A DNA stretch of 64,000 nucleotides from Podarcis melisellensis (Eukaryota), in the NCBI GenBank assembly GCA_964234715.1, contig OZ174278.1. The stretch is one strand, 5' to 3'. Below are positions 11,444-24,640 of the stretch, in pieces. Position 1 is the first letter of the stretch, and every line of letters begins with the position of its first letter. Under the pieces are notes generated by a model. That model did no database searches and had not been told where the DNA came from. It was given only the letters and a program-made list of their open reading frames with translations. The translations under genes and the position numbers were made by a program.

Positions 11444-11982
11444 TGTTGTGAGTTTTTTTGGGGGGTGATAGTCTCTAGGATGCTTGAGTCCCTTCTAATT
11501 CTTGGGGTCCTGCAGTGGTTAAAATCTAAGAGTCTTCCGTTGCTGTACTAGTTAGGCAAGTCTTGGTGAGTTAATAGTCCTATAAGAAAGTTCCTCCTAT
11601 AAGAAAGAAGAGCAATGGGTGGGCCCACTCCCTCGCCTGGCTGGTAGTGAGAAAGACAGAAAACCAAAAAGCTGAGTTTTTGAGAGCTGAGTAAGAAGCA
11701 GGCAAAAGCCAGTGAGAGAGGGGAGGGAGGGAGGGAGCGCCATGCTTGATTTTTGCCTGATTCCAAGGCTGTGGCTTTGTGAGAAGCAAGACCTTTTGGA
11801 GTGTTAATGCTGTGAGCCCCTGTATCTTACGCTCAGATTGTATATATGTGTACATAAAGCATATATGATAATGATACTACTACAGTCTCCACTGCCCCTC
11901 ATTCCAAGGAAACCAAACTGCGGATAAGCACCTGGAACCCCTAGAATCTCGTATCACTCAGAGATTGGGGTGGTGTGCAATA
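11444..11982 (+). mobile_element. Older LTR-like repeat (same family as 47766-48252)
   Basis: Starts TGTTGTGAG. Shares ATGCTTGATTT..GTGGCT..AAGACCTTTT..TTAATGCTGTGA..AGTCTCCACTG..ATTGGGGTG with the 47.8 kb copy. Confidence 0.6.
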
Positions 11983-14296
11983 GTATTTCATGATAGAATG
12001 CATTAATATGTGTGTAAACATAGGTTGAAATATGTTTTAAAGATCATAATTCTGGAATGTAGTTAGAAATTAATTCCCATCCAGATTTCTTTTTAGAAAA
12101 TGCAGAATGATGCAGAAATGAGATGAAACAGATTTATGAACGGATGTATGTGTAACTGGCATGGAACAGAAAGAGACTGATCTGTCCATCCCTAGAGGAA
12201 GCTGTTGAAACTGTACTTATCTTTAGATTATTTCCTTAGCCTTCTTCTTAAATAATGACAAACCAAAGGGATTCTAGATTCCACTGTTATCCTCTTCACT
12301 TTGCAAAGAAATCAAATCCTGCCAGCCATCTTTCACTTTTACCTGCTTGGTGGGTTCTTAGAAAACCTGCCTGCCTTGCCAACAAAATTCAGATGCTGTA
12401 GGATACTTGGGGGGGACGACTGAACTGAAACTAATTTATTTTTTTAAAAGGAATATGGGACCACTATATTCCTGGTTAGATAGGGCAGGGTGCATGGAGA
12501 TATCTGTCAATGAGGAGACAATGGCAAATGGAAAGAAATGTAAACCGCTCTTTGCTGTTATGCCTTTATCTGTCCATACATCCATCAATCCACATCACCT
12601 TCCCCTGCTCTGCTTCCCTTTTCCAGCATGGCTGCTGAATTAATGTTTCATGCCTGTTTCAAAGGCTTGTGAGTAATGAGACTTTGTTGGCATATATATG
12701 CAGTGTAAACTGTACACAAAAGCAACCACCCACAAGAACAATCACCTCTCTTCTCTCACTGTCAGAAACATAGCAACCGGTGTCCATGGCTTCTGCACAC
12801 AGCTTTGGTTTGCATGTAATTAGCAGAGATGCATCTTAAAAGTCTTTCAGTCTCCAAAACACCATTGAAGGTGTGCTTTAAGAAATGGCTGGACAGGAAT
12901 GGCCGTCAGCTTCCCAACCTCCTCCCCACACAGCCAAATATTGGTATTGGATGCCATATGGTAAATTATAGTGCCAGGATATGACTGCCATTTTCCCTCT
13001 TTCTTCTACTCCACTAACAGGAAAATCTTACAATAAAACATCCTGTGTTTCAAATTGCTTTGTTTTAGACTAGTTACCCAGTTAAATAAAGTGTATTAAC
13101 TGTAGGAGTTCAAGTCAATCTACTGAGTTTCAGACAATTAATCAATCAATTAACCAATTAAATCTGAATACTTTTTAAACTGGTGGGGGAAACACAATAA
13201 TTGTGATGGGAAAATCATATGCTTCTAAATGATACAGACTTTTGTCACAATAAGAATCATCTTAGAATCTCACTTACAGGAGGGAGTGCCTTTTGTTGGG
13301 ATTTGTCATCAGGAATTTTTATTAAGAGAGAGAGTGTGTGAAACATACACATTGATATCTGTTTCTGAACAAACTTCTGTAGTCAGTTAAAATGGTTTGA
13401 AGTCAGTGAGTTGACTAAACATTTGCAACACTGATTTCTTTCAAATAGAAAAGTAGTTAGACCTTTACATTCCCTCTTTTGTGATAATGAAAGTGCAAGG
13501 GCATCAGACTGGCCGACAAAACTCCCCCTGCCCCGACTTCCCCCTTTATTTATGACTTGGCACTAGATTGGTCTATCAGCGGCTGTTAGTCATGACAGTT
13601 AAATGCAACCTCCATATTAAGAGGGAAGCAATGCATTTTTTATTACTAGTTGCCGGGGCGGGGGATGACTGTTTTCACTTGCTGTGTTGGTGAACTTTCC
13701 AAGGGCAGCTAGTTGGTCACTGTGGGTGATAGGTTGGTCCTTGGTCAAATCCAGCCTAGGGAATTTTTACATCTCCATTTCACTAGCCATACACTTTCCC
13801 CTCTCCTTGTCTAGACTGCACACACTGGGTAGCATGTAGGTCTTTCTTGTCCTGCATGGGGACAAAAACTAGATAATGACTTGTCTGCCCTTTTCAGCTC
13901 TGTGATTTTATGAACCTAGTACCTAAGTTAATTACAGATTAATAATAATGCAGTCTAGTGGCTAATCACCCTTGTACAGAATGTCCAGCAACAGCTATAA
14001 ATAGCTTGATGGCAAAATGCACTCATTCCTCCCCCATACCTCCCCCTAGCTAATTATGTTGCCCAAAATCGCCATGTAAAAACTTGCTGGGGGGGTTGCA
14101 TCTTGCTAGCATTAAACACTGTGTCCTATTTCCATTATTGCTTTAGTTTGGCTGCTGTCAAAAAGGGCTCTTCGTGGTATTATGGTCAAGGAGGGCAGCT
14201 ATGGAGTTATCATGGAAGAACAGGGGGCGCGAATTAAACAGGCAGTGTTTTGATAAACTCTCTCCTGCCCACATTCTCCTGACATTCTGATCCTAT

Positions 14297-14352
<56 letters not shown>

Positions 14353-14354
14353 AA
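14297..14354. repeat. (GAAA)n microsatellite
   Basis: Direct reading. Confidence 0.95.
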
Positions 14355-15144
14355 AAACATGCAGCATTTTCAGTCATATTATCATCTCATTTGCTATCTG
14401 ATCTGAAACCAGCCTGCCATGTGGTTGATCAAAGGAGAATGCAAGGAGGAGGTTTGCTGGCTAACCCCTCCCTTCCCATTTCAAGCGAATATATCTCCTT
14501 CTGTTTTTTGTTTTAATAAAGTCTGATTCTTCCCCCTTCCTTGCTTGCATACTATCTCTCATGTTACCTCCCTTGCTTTTCCTTTCATGCCTCTCAGATG
14601 CCTGTTTTTGTGTGGTCTAGCCTTTGTTTTGCCAAATGTCATGTGCTCATCAAAGGTTCCTGTCCCCCAGTTATCCCCTCACCTGCCCCCTACCTTTCCC
14701 CCACTGTATTTCCACTGTTGTCTTGCCTGATTTTCCCCCTAGTACTTTTTGTATTTGGATAATGAATATCCTGTAGCCTTATTCAGGTGGTCATTGTCCC
14801 ACAAAGGGCAAGGTAGATAGAGCAGGTCTGCACCAAGTACCCACACTAACATGACATCTACAGCACAAAGGTCTTCAAGGAATTGGCCTTTGCATTTTAC
14901 AGCTGTACCCAATGAGAGACTTGGTTCCTGCAGATGAACATGTTCTGCACATGAAGAGCCATTCTCCACATTTGGTCCTCCCCCTCCTATGTTGCCCAAC
15001 ATGATACCCTGGTCTCTTTTAGGAGGAAGGGGAGATATTACAGAAATAGATAAATGGGAGCAATTACAGTACTACCAGAACAGGACTTGAATGTGTGTGT
15101 TGTTGGTGCACACATATGGAGAGAAAGCTAGAGGGCTCTTAATG

Positions 15145-15970
15145 TATGGTTACCAGACATCCTAGTTTCCTGGGGACAGTCCCCACATTTACAAATCTGT
15201 TCCTGGACAAAATCCGTCCCTAGAATGTCCCCGGATTTCATTTAATATCCACAGATTTATATTTTAAGTGTTGTAGATTGATGTAGGGAATGAATGTTGC
15301 GTGATTGGTTCAATGGCACAAGACACATCATATGGGGACTTCTGGCGAGGCAAAATGGTGGGCGCCACGGCAGCGAGCAGCCCCTGAAGCCAGCTAAAGC
15401 CAACTGTGCTACCAGGCTGGCTCTGGGCTGCTAAGACTGCCACTGCCGACGCCACTGCCGAGGGGGAACTGGGGATGCCCGATGTATCAACTGGGGGGAA
15501 CCACTGACTGACTCCCCGACCCAAATTGAGCCAGGAGTGAGAGCACCCAGCCACCCACCCAGTGGCGCTCTGGGGCCAGGAAAACCCTGGAGCCGACACA
15601 GGAGGAGGAGGAGGAGGAGGAGGAGGAGAAGAGAAGGAGAAGGAAGAAAGAGAGAGAAAGAGGAAGGAGAAAAAAGAGGGGAGCCCCAACTTTGCCACGC
15701 CACTGCTGCCACTGCCGCTGAGGAGGAGAGGGAGGAGAGTACCAGCTGAGCCCAGGCCCGACCTGAGCCTACTTCCATGGCGGCTAGTGCTCCAAGAGAG
15801 CAGGCCAGGGCCGAAAGGAAGGTCGTGCGACAGAGGAGGCCACAGAAGAGATTACCGGTACTTCTTTAAAAAACAAACAAACAAAAAACCTTTTTGTTTA
15901 TTAACTTTCCCCCCTCTCTTTTCAGGAAAAAAGTGTCCCCAGATTCTTTGAAAAAAATCTGGTAACCTTC
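15145..15970. mobile_element. Non-autonomous hAT DNA transposon with a GC-rich (GGA)n interior
   Basis: TIRs TATGGTTACCAGA / TCTGGTAACCTTC. Perfect 8-bp TSD TCTTAATG (15137-15144, 15971-15978). Confidence 0.85.
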
Positions 15971-17324
15971 TCTTAATGAAATCCAGAAGTCCCATCTCTG
16001 ACTCCTCCCAATTTTGGCCAAATCTTACCCATCTCCTTCTTAGAAACAGTAGCTATGGTGGACATCACAAAAGGTAAGGGTGCCTTCCAGACACAGACCC
16101 CCCTAACCCCTCTGCACCCCCTGTACTTCAACCATGGAACAAGGTTACCTCTGATCCACAATACTGGATCAATGACAGTAAAAGGCACGGTTTCTTGCTG
16201 TTCTCAAATTAGCCTCACCAACTTGGGGAACAATCAGCAATGCTTCTGCAGGTGGTCTTAGTTGTTATATAGGGGTTCAGGTGGTCCCTAAAGTGCCCCG
16301 GACCTTGTTGTTGTTTATGGCTTTTTATATTAATACTAGGACCTTGTACCTGGCTTGATAGTAGATGGATAGCCAATGCAGATGTTTAAACATCAGCAGT
16401 CAGGCCACCTCATTTTCCCAAACCAGGCCCAAAGGCAGCTTCACATAGAAGGCATTGCAGCAAACAGTGCATGGACTACAGTGGTCAGGCCACAAAGAGA
16501 TTGTGGTAGGTGGATGAAGTCATATTGTATCTCCTTGGAGCCTTCTGAAACAGCAGCGAAGGCAGCACATCCAAAAACATTAAGGAGTGCTCCTTCCCCC
16601 TACAATTCAATCGTTGTGTGTTCCTTTTTTCACGGGTGTGGGAGCTCACAGAACGTATCATTTTCTTCAGAAATGGTTGCCTCTGTCATCTAAGAATCAA
16701 TTCACTGGAACAGCCTTTTGCTATATATCCCCAGTGGCCTGCAGGCATTTCACTTCTAAATCCCAGGGTGGCCATCAGAGCAGCTGAAACGGCACTGTCC
16801 ATTTGTGTAGTCATCCGAAATCATTAGTCTCCTTTTGTTTTGACAAATAACAAATATGAATCATTAAATGAGACAACAAAGTTGTGCAAAATCCATGCTT
16901 TTCTTTATTTTTGCACTGTGTAAAAATCAATCCCATTTATCATCCCTCACTGACAATTCTTTTGCATATCTTATGGCAATTATTTCTTCGTCAGTCATAT
17001 TTTAAAACTAATCAGTTTGCTTAGGCTGCATTCTATGCAATTAAATGCCTACTTCAGGGACACAGAAGCCACTCGGCAGAATCTTCAGGGGAATGGCCAA
17101 AATTAACATGTGATGGCAGTGAAAAGAGAACCGTGATAGATTTGAGAATTCCTACTCACCCTCTCACTGTGATAGACTTAGTACACAGGGGTGCGAGAGA
17201 ACTCAGCCAAACTTCCCTGGACTTCAGGGGCACTTTGGCTCATGTAAAGACTTTGGAAATATTCTCTGCTTAAAATTCTATTGATACCATCCATTATGTG
17301 AGCTACTTTATTAAACAAGATAGA

Positions 17325-17455
17325 ATTTAGAGTGTGTTGCTGACAACACCAAGGTTGCAGGTTTCATCCCCGTAAGGGACAGCTCCACATTCCTGCACTG
17401 CAGGGGGTTGGACTAGATGATCCTCAAGGTCCCTTCTAACTCTATGATTCAGTGA
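17325..17455 (+). mobile_element. Short tRNA-derived SINE with CR1-type 3' end (Squam2-like)
   Basis: AAGGTTGCAGGTTT..CCC head remnant, then GGGTTGGACTAGATGATCCTCAAGGTCCCTTC..CTCTATGATTC. Confidence 0.65.
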
Positions 17456-17511
17456 GATATTGATGAGATTTCTGAAATAAATCCTTGCATCCTGTTCGCA
17501 CTACCTTCAAC

Positions 17512-18660
17512 TGTAGCACCCTGCTTGTGGTTAACGCTTAGCTGGAATGAAATATTCAACGCAGCAATAGAGAAATTAAAATAATAATTTATTTGTCAGA
17601 CAAATAAATGAGAGGCACAGTGGTATATGGTTACCAAGCTCTGGCCTGGGCTCCTGCCATTATGGCCAGCACTTATATTCCCTCAGCCCAGCCTCCTTGC
17701 TCCTCCTTTGGCTGCCTCTGTCCAATCAGCCTGGTTGAAATTCCCATTGGCTGTTTGCTAGAACCAATCACAAAAGATACACCCATTTCATATTACCTTT
17801 TATGGGAGACAAAAGCTATATATTCTTCTATCTATAAATGACAAATAAGTAGTCATATATCTTACATTTATCTCAACAAGGAACCTTAATTACCAGCTCA
17901 CCTCTTGCCCTCCTTGCCCTCCTTGCCCTCCAAAACAGATCGTTAATAGTTTTAAATTTTTATCTTAAACAGATGTCAAGGATCTTGAGTTCACATTCTC
18001 ATGCATCATCAATGAAAGATCTCCTTTTGGAGGTCTTTAAACAAAGGCCTGACAACTATATATCAGGAGTGCTCAATGGCGTCTCCTGTCTGGCAGGGGG
18101 CTGGACTCAATGGCCCCTGTGGTCTCTTATAACCATGATTCTATGAAATAAGAATCTAGCATAAGGTTTTAACATTTCTTAGTTTCTAAATCCTTTGCAT
18201 AATTACATTTAAGCTAATATATTTAATACATAACATAAATAACCTTTTAAAAGGAAAAGAAATCTTAAAAGGATCTCAGTTTAAGAAAGAAACAACTTTA
18301 GAAAAAGATTTCCCAAAATACTCCCTCCCTTTCTGCCAGCCAGATGCTTTTCCATTGCTCTTGACCTTTTTAACCTTAGGAATAAGATATGGCTCATTTT
18401 ACTATTTACCAAGCTTAATTTGTAGGGTCAGTGTAACCTTGCTCTTAGCCTGTAATTCCCTTTTTACGACTTTGAGAATTGTTTTCTGCTATAAATCAAG
18501 GGGCCCCTTGTCCAGGAGAATAAACATCTTGCCAAGGTTCTTAGGCAGCTGGTCTTCTGCCTGGCATGAAACATTTGAAAATCTTTAAGCTCATTTTAAA
18601 ATACAGATCCTGATTAATATATAGCCTGGATAAAAATGCAGGCTATGATTAGATGCCTCA
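17512..18660 (-). mobile_element. ERV-like solo LTR (~1.1 kb), copy 1
   Basis: Minus strand TGAGG...GCTACA with 4-bp TSD CAAC (17508-17511, 18661-18664). Reverse complement of 32178-33203. Confidence 0.85.
18018..18142 (+). mobile_element. CR1-type 3' end inserted in LTR copy 1
   Basis: Absent from copy 2. Flanked by an ATGAAA duplication. Contains GGCAGGGGGCTGGACT..ATGATTCT. Confidence 0.75.
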
Positions 18661-18986
18661 CAACCCCTTTGCCGGGTGTGGCCCATGGAAAAAACAGAAC
18701 ATCATCACCATCATCATCAAACCTTTTATTGGCATCACATACAAACATCCAAAACAAATCGATACAGAATTACCACTTCCCCAGTGGCACAAAACATTTG
18801 CTAAAAGAAAAGAGGCAGACCAGTCTATTGTCACATCTCTAGGTCTCGAGCGAGATCAGACATCTGCAGTGTATTATGGCTCCTCTGATGTGCCACCTTT
18901 TGCCAGGGGTGTGTGAGGATCACTGTTTTGATGCTCTATTCCTTCTTATAAAATTAATCCCCTCTGTCTTTTGAAGAGGTTGTTCT

Positions 18987-19196
18987 CAGAGGCGTAGCAA
19001 GGTCAGGTGGTACCCGGTGTGAGTTGTTGAGCTTTTTTAGGGAAGGTTGCCCAGAGTTGTTGGGCTTTTTTTAGGGAGGGTTGGACACCAATTGTGGAAA
19101 TCCACCTGCTGGGGTATGAGCACCGCCATGCCAATCCACCCAGGGTGATTTTGTCACCCCCCCCTTGGCATGACAACCCCCCTTGCAATGCCCCTG
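18987..19196. mobile_element. hAT-like MITE
   Basis: Ends CAGAGGCGTAGCAAGG / CCTTGCAATGCCCCTG, degenerate 8-bp TSD, internal ~33-bp tandem duplication. Confidence 0.6.
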
Positions 19197-20712
19197 GTTC
19201 TTTTAAGCAGCAAAGTTCACTGAAAAATCAAATGTTCAGTTTATAAGGGGGAAAATGAAACCTAAACACAAACAGAAGATGGGGAGAATTTTTTTAAAAA
19301 AACAGGGCACTGGAGTCTTATCCAGAGCTGTCTGCCCCTTCTGACTAGCCATGAGGTTGAGAGGGGGAGTTGAAATAATGCAAATAAAGAGGAGCTAAAA
19401 AGCGTTAGAGAAAGACAAAGCTCAGACACAGGAGAGAAACTGCTGAATCTTCATTAAGTGAAAGGTCCCTATTATGTGTGTGCACTTCACTGGGATCCTA
19501 TGGCCTGAGAGGCAGTTTATAAAGTACATTGACTGTTTGCAATTGCTGCATTTTGAGAATCAAGTGGAGCCAGTTCTTCCTATAAAGTCTAAGGTAAGTT
19601 GAGCTGTGAAAAGCTGTCCAATGAGCATTGGTTGGAGATGCAGTGAAATTGGGTAAGACAAGGTAGGCCCACTTGTTTTCCTTTTAAAAAATTATAATAA
19701 TAAGTTTTATTAGGGAATATAGAGAGGAAAATACAAAGCTTAATATCAAATATCTTTTCTCCTTTTTAAATCTTGAACTAAGACTTTAAGGAGAAAAGGA
19801 GTAGGAAAGGAAAAAGAGAGAAATAAAGAAAAGAGTAGAAAAAGGTTAAAAGGAAGAGAAAAATAAAAATTTATAAAAATATAGTGGACAGATAAATAAC
19901 TTCCCATTCTTCATCGGCCCACTATATATAAACACTTCTTTTCCAATGCAAAGAGACGGGGGGATGGGAATCAATGCACACTGAAGAAGAGCCGTTTATC
20001 TGAATGTACCCAGAGAGTCTATGGCCGAGAGCTGCTACTCACTTTCCATTCTGCACTTGGTTGCATATGCTACATCAACAGAGGACAATGCAAGGGCTAG
20101 ATAGAGCATTCTGCAGCCTTCACCCAAAAGGCTCCATCCCCTGGAGTCTTCTCTTGCTGTCGCTGTCAGTCAACCTCCCTCTGTTCTGCTCTCATGTTCA
20201 TTTGAGGCAGAGACAAGCAAAGTGGTGCAATTCTTTCGTTGCTGCTGCTTCAGGGGAAGAAAATACATTTACATTACTAAATGTGGCTTCCCAGCGAGCG
20301 CGTGCCCAAGTGAAAGCAACCAGCAGTCTTTGATAAGGCAGGAAAAGACTATAGAAGGGGAAAAACAAATAACCCTCATTCACCCAACGTGAATTGAGAT
20401 AAAGGCAAGAGGAACAAGTGGTTAAAAAAGCAACCGCCTCTGACATTTCCGCTTCAAGCAAGCTTTATCACAGAATAGGAGGCTTTTATTTTCTTACCTT
20501 TCCTTTTGATAGTCTCTCGTGACGCACTTATCAAAGGATGCCGCCTGACTTCCTTTTGCACTCTGCTGTGTTCAGATCTGTCATTTCATTGGGTTTTGAT
20601 TGCTTTGCTCATTATTCTCCATTAGGGATGGGCTTGGCAATCCTTTACTTCCAGAAAGATGTGTTATATCTAGAGCAGAAATTTTGCAGTCAAGAAGGCT
20701 TCTAAAGCCTAG

Positions 20713-21077
20713 GTAAAGGTAAAGGTACCCCTGCCCGTACAGGCCAGTCGTGTCCGACTCTAGGGTTGTGCGCTCATCTCACTTAAGAGGCCGGGAGCCA
20801 GCGCTGTCCGCAGACACTTCCGGGTCACGTGGCCAGCATGACAAAGCTGCTCTGGCGAGCCAGCACCAGCGCAGCACACGGAAACGCTGTTTACCTTCCC
20901 GCTATAAAGCGGTACCTATTTATCTACTTGCACTTAGGGGTGCTTTCGAACTGCTAGGTGGGCAGGAGCTGGGACCGAAAGACAGGAGCTCACCCCGCCG
21001 CGGGGATTCGAACTGCTAACTATGCGATTGGCAAGTCCTAGACACTGAGGTTTTACCCACAGCGCCACCCGCGTCCC
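20713..21077 (-). mobile_element. Sauria SINE, full length
   Basis: Minus strand head GGGACGCGGGTGGCGCTGTGGG, B-box GTTCGAATCCC and (ACCTTT)n tail. Same subfamily as 46108. Confidence 0.92.
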
Positions 21078-21168
21078 AGACTAGCCAGATACAAATTCTA
21101 TAGTTTGCAAGAAGTCCAGGAGTTGTTGTTTTCCAGCACTATCACCTGAAAGTTACACACCCACCCAC

Positions 21169-21170
<2 letters not shown>

Positions 21171-21214
<44 letters not shown>
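21171..21214. repeat. (AT)n microsatellite
   Basis: Direct reading. Confidence 0.95.
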
Positions 21215-21218
<4 letters not shown>

Positions 21219-21857
21219 AATATCAAGCATTTACCGAAAGCGACATGAAGGAATCCACAACCTGTAAAATTAATTTCCCTTGTGCTGTTTTATTTTCCTA
21301 TAAATTTCAACATGCTTTACGCCGCCTCCTGTTAATTCAATGCATCACAGATTTTCACACCCCGACATAGATTCAGCAAGCAGAGAAGCTGGAAAACAGA
21401 AGGATGGGTACAATAAAAGGACATTTTGCATAATCACTGAACATATGACCAGGCATTTATATTTTCGCTCACATTGTAGGTTGTTTTTTTCCATGAGAAA
21501 TCAGTTCAGTGAAGATGCTACAAAACTACCAGGTTATACTTTGATAGGAAAGCACAAGTGCTTTCATTTATGATGCACTATCTGTTAGAGCTGTGCAGTG
21601 GATTCCAATGAGTCCCAAATGGAATCGGGTTGATTTGGAGAAATTCAGGCCTTGGTCAAGTAGGATTGAGATAGCCCCTGGTCACCAAAGGTCAGTCTGC
21701 ATAGCCCAGAGCAATCTAGGGCTGCCTTGGGGTAGCACATAGGAAGGATAGGCAGGTGTGGTGCAAAGGAGGAGAAAATGCAAGAAGGAGGGACCAACCA
21801 AGCAGCTGCATCGGCTGAGGAAAGGTTCAGGTGAGCAGATGTCTCTACAGAGGAATA

Positions 21858-22209
21858 AAGGTAAAGGGACCCCTGACCATTAGGTCCAGTCGTGGCTGAC
21901 TCTGGGGCTGTGGTGCTCATCTCGCTTTATTGGCTGAGGGAGCCAGCATACAGCTTCCGGGTCATGTGGCCAGCATGACTAAGCCGCTTCTGGCGAACCA
22001 GAGCAGCGCACGGAAATGCCGTTTACCTTCCCGCCAGAGTGGTACCTATTTATCTACTTGCACTTTGACGTGCTTTCGAACTGCTAGGTTGGGAGGAGCA
22101 GGGACCAAGCAACGGGAGCTCACCCCATCGCAGGGATTCGAACCGCCAACCTTCTGATCAGCAAGTCCTAGGCTCTGTGGTTTAACCCACAGAGCCACCC
22201 GTGTCCCTC
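21858..22209 (-). mobile_element. Sauria SINE, full length
   Basis: 13-bp TSD CTACAGAGGAATA (21845-21857, 22210-22222), tRNA-like head and ACCTTT tail. Confidence 0.93.
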
Positions 22210-24049
22210 CTACAGAGGAATACATGCTCCTAAAAAGGAGTATTTTTCCTTATTCGAGTAAAATTGTTTGGATCACTTGGATTCACGGGGCTTTTTTTCT
22301 TTTCACCCAACTGCTTCCTCTGCAAAGAAAGAAACGCTCCCTTTTTAAAGGAAGCTTCTCTCTCCCCCCACCCCAATTTGGATTCAAAATCCTAGAGGAC
22401 TTTATGCTCTAGATTTTAGAGGAAGGTCAGAATTAAAATTTCAGATTTCTATATGAACCATGCAATTTCTTGTATATAAACAAATCCAGAATGTACAACT
22501 ATAGGGATTTCAGAAGCTGATCACAAAACCCATTATGCGGTGCAACTACAAGAAACATTACAAAACCTTTATTTGCTAAAGTTACCATACTATGTGTACG
22601 TGATACACAACTGGAATTCTTCAAAAATTGAGTCTTTGGATAGTCCATAAAAATCAGGAAATGAAACACCAAAGAAAAGACATTTATTGATTTTTGCATA
22701 TGCATAATTATATGGAAAATCTTATACATTGGCATTATCAGTGTTACAATTTATTACCTGCCCTTCACCTTACCCCCCTATGTTCTTCACATAAGTATCA
22801 TTAAATAAGGTATTGACCTGCCATAGTCACCGCTGGTTAAATGGAAAGAAATCTGCCTATATTTGAGATACCTAAGCACCCAGCTCATTTTCTGCAGCCC
22901 TCAGAATGAAATTTGTTCCTTTTAGCAAAAGTGAATACTAAAGACCTTAACATCTGCCCTGATACCAACTCAGTTCATTTGGGACTCAGTCCTTCATGTG
23001 TTTGCTTCTACTTCACCGAGTCTTGATAGCAAACCCATTTTCCCATGAAATATGCACACTGCATAACACTGAACCGTTCCTTTATTAAGCAGACTAAGAC
23101 TTCCTTCAAAAAAAAGCCTCCGCTACAAAAAAATTCCTTTATTTTCACACAGCCCAACCTAGGTGATATTTTCCGTACTTCCCGCACAAACCAAGTGAAG
23201 GTATCTATGTTTTTCGGAGCCAGACATATATTCTTTAAGAAGCTGTTTCACAGAGAGCAACCAAACGCCTTCAGAATTCCTCAGCCAAATGTGCCGCAAT
23301 AATTCCACTGACAGTCTTATATATGAAGTGACTAACCATATTCGGCCACAACAAGGAGACACCTAGCTCTGCTGAACAAAAACAAAAGCTACCAACCAGA
23401 AGGAAAGAGAAATTAAACAAAAACAACTCATTTGTCTCTAAGGGGGTGTCTCAGAATTCATACACTCTTTAGCAGGGAAACATCATCAAACTCACAATTG
23501 CTTACAAGACCTCTGTCCAGCAGTTATGTCTGAACAGGGAGTTGTGGAGTTGTGTGCACATACCCTACACCAGGTTCCATATCCCCACTTGCTCCACCCC
23601 GATGTTCACACACTCTGAAGGGGGCTTCCAAGCACATTCGGCTGGATGCACTTTGAAACCTCGCTGTAATGGGGAACCCTGTGTCAACATAAGGAAGCTT
23701 CTAAGTATGTTCTTCAAAGCCCAGTCATAAGAGGTTGGAAGGCCATCTGCCCATGAAAGCTTCAGCTGAATTTCCTGCACTGCAAGGGGTTGGACTAGAT
23801 GACTCTACGATTCTATGATTCTGTGATCTAGACTTTCCATTGTAGGTGGAGCCAATGAGGCTTCCTTCAGTTGGGGATGTTGGGGGTTGGGCCTCCACAT
23901 GTGATCATATCTCCCCATCTCATGTCAGCATTCCTTTTCAAGGATAACACTTAAACAGAAATATGGACTCTATGACAAGAATGAGGAGTATGTGGCCTTC
24001 CAGATGTTGATGGATTCCAGTTCCCATTATCCCCAGCAAACACAAAGCC

Positions 24050-24640
24050 ACTCCCGACATAAGGAGGGGGAGTTGCGGGCTCACGCCCCACCTACATCCT
24101 CGCGGGACTGGCTGCAGCCCCACGGGACTTGGGGAATCCCGGAAATCATTAGTATTCATTATTCACCAAGCCAGCCAATCGGTTGGCAGCGGGGGCAGGA
24201 TTAGTAGGGTTCATTTAAGGTCGGGACAGCCTGTGCTCGCGCCTTTTCCCTCTTACAGCCAGCAGGGGTATTATTATGCAAATGAGTTGGGGGGAGGAGC
24301 GCCATCACCTCCCCCAAATATTAAAGGGTAGTTTTTTAAAGGACTCTGGGGGGCGTCGCCTTGTCCGAAACCTATGGAGGCTAGGGCCTAAAGTGCGCTC
24401 CCGAGCGGTAACCCCTCGCGGAGCACCTAGGGATGTGCATCTTGAGGGCTCCCCCTGTTGGTGCTTAACCCTTCCCGGTTCTATGCCGGTTAGTCTGATA
24501 GGGCCAATGCCTAAAGCCAATACCACTCTTACCTGTAATCAATAAAGTTGTGGCCATTTTTCGCCCATTAACCTAAATTCTGGAGTCCAGTGTCTTTATT
24601 TATTCCATCTGTGGGAGGGGGCAGGAATCGCCATGCAATC
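24050..24640 (+). mobile_element. GC-rich LTR/DIRS-like terminal repeat fragment splitting a MITE
   Basis: CCAAT, TATA-like TTTAA, octamer ATGCAAAT and TGTAATCAATAAAGTTGTGGCC, the last shared (reverse) with 48482-48504. No TSD. Flanks are the two arms of a MITE. Confidence 0.5.

Noticed and set aside
15264-15951. Four overlapping 70-144 aa ORFs
   Set aside because: Low-complexity (GGA)n, GC-rich interior of a hAT element, with no transposase motifs.
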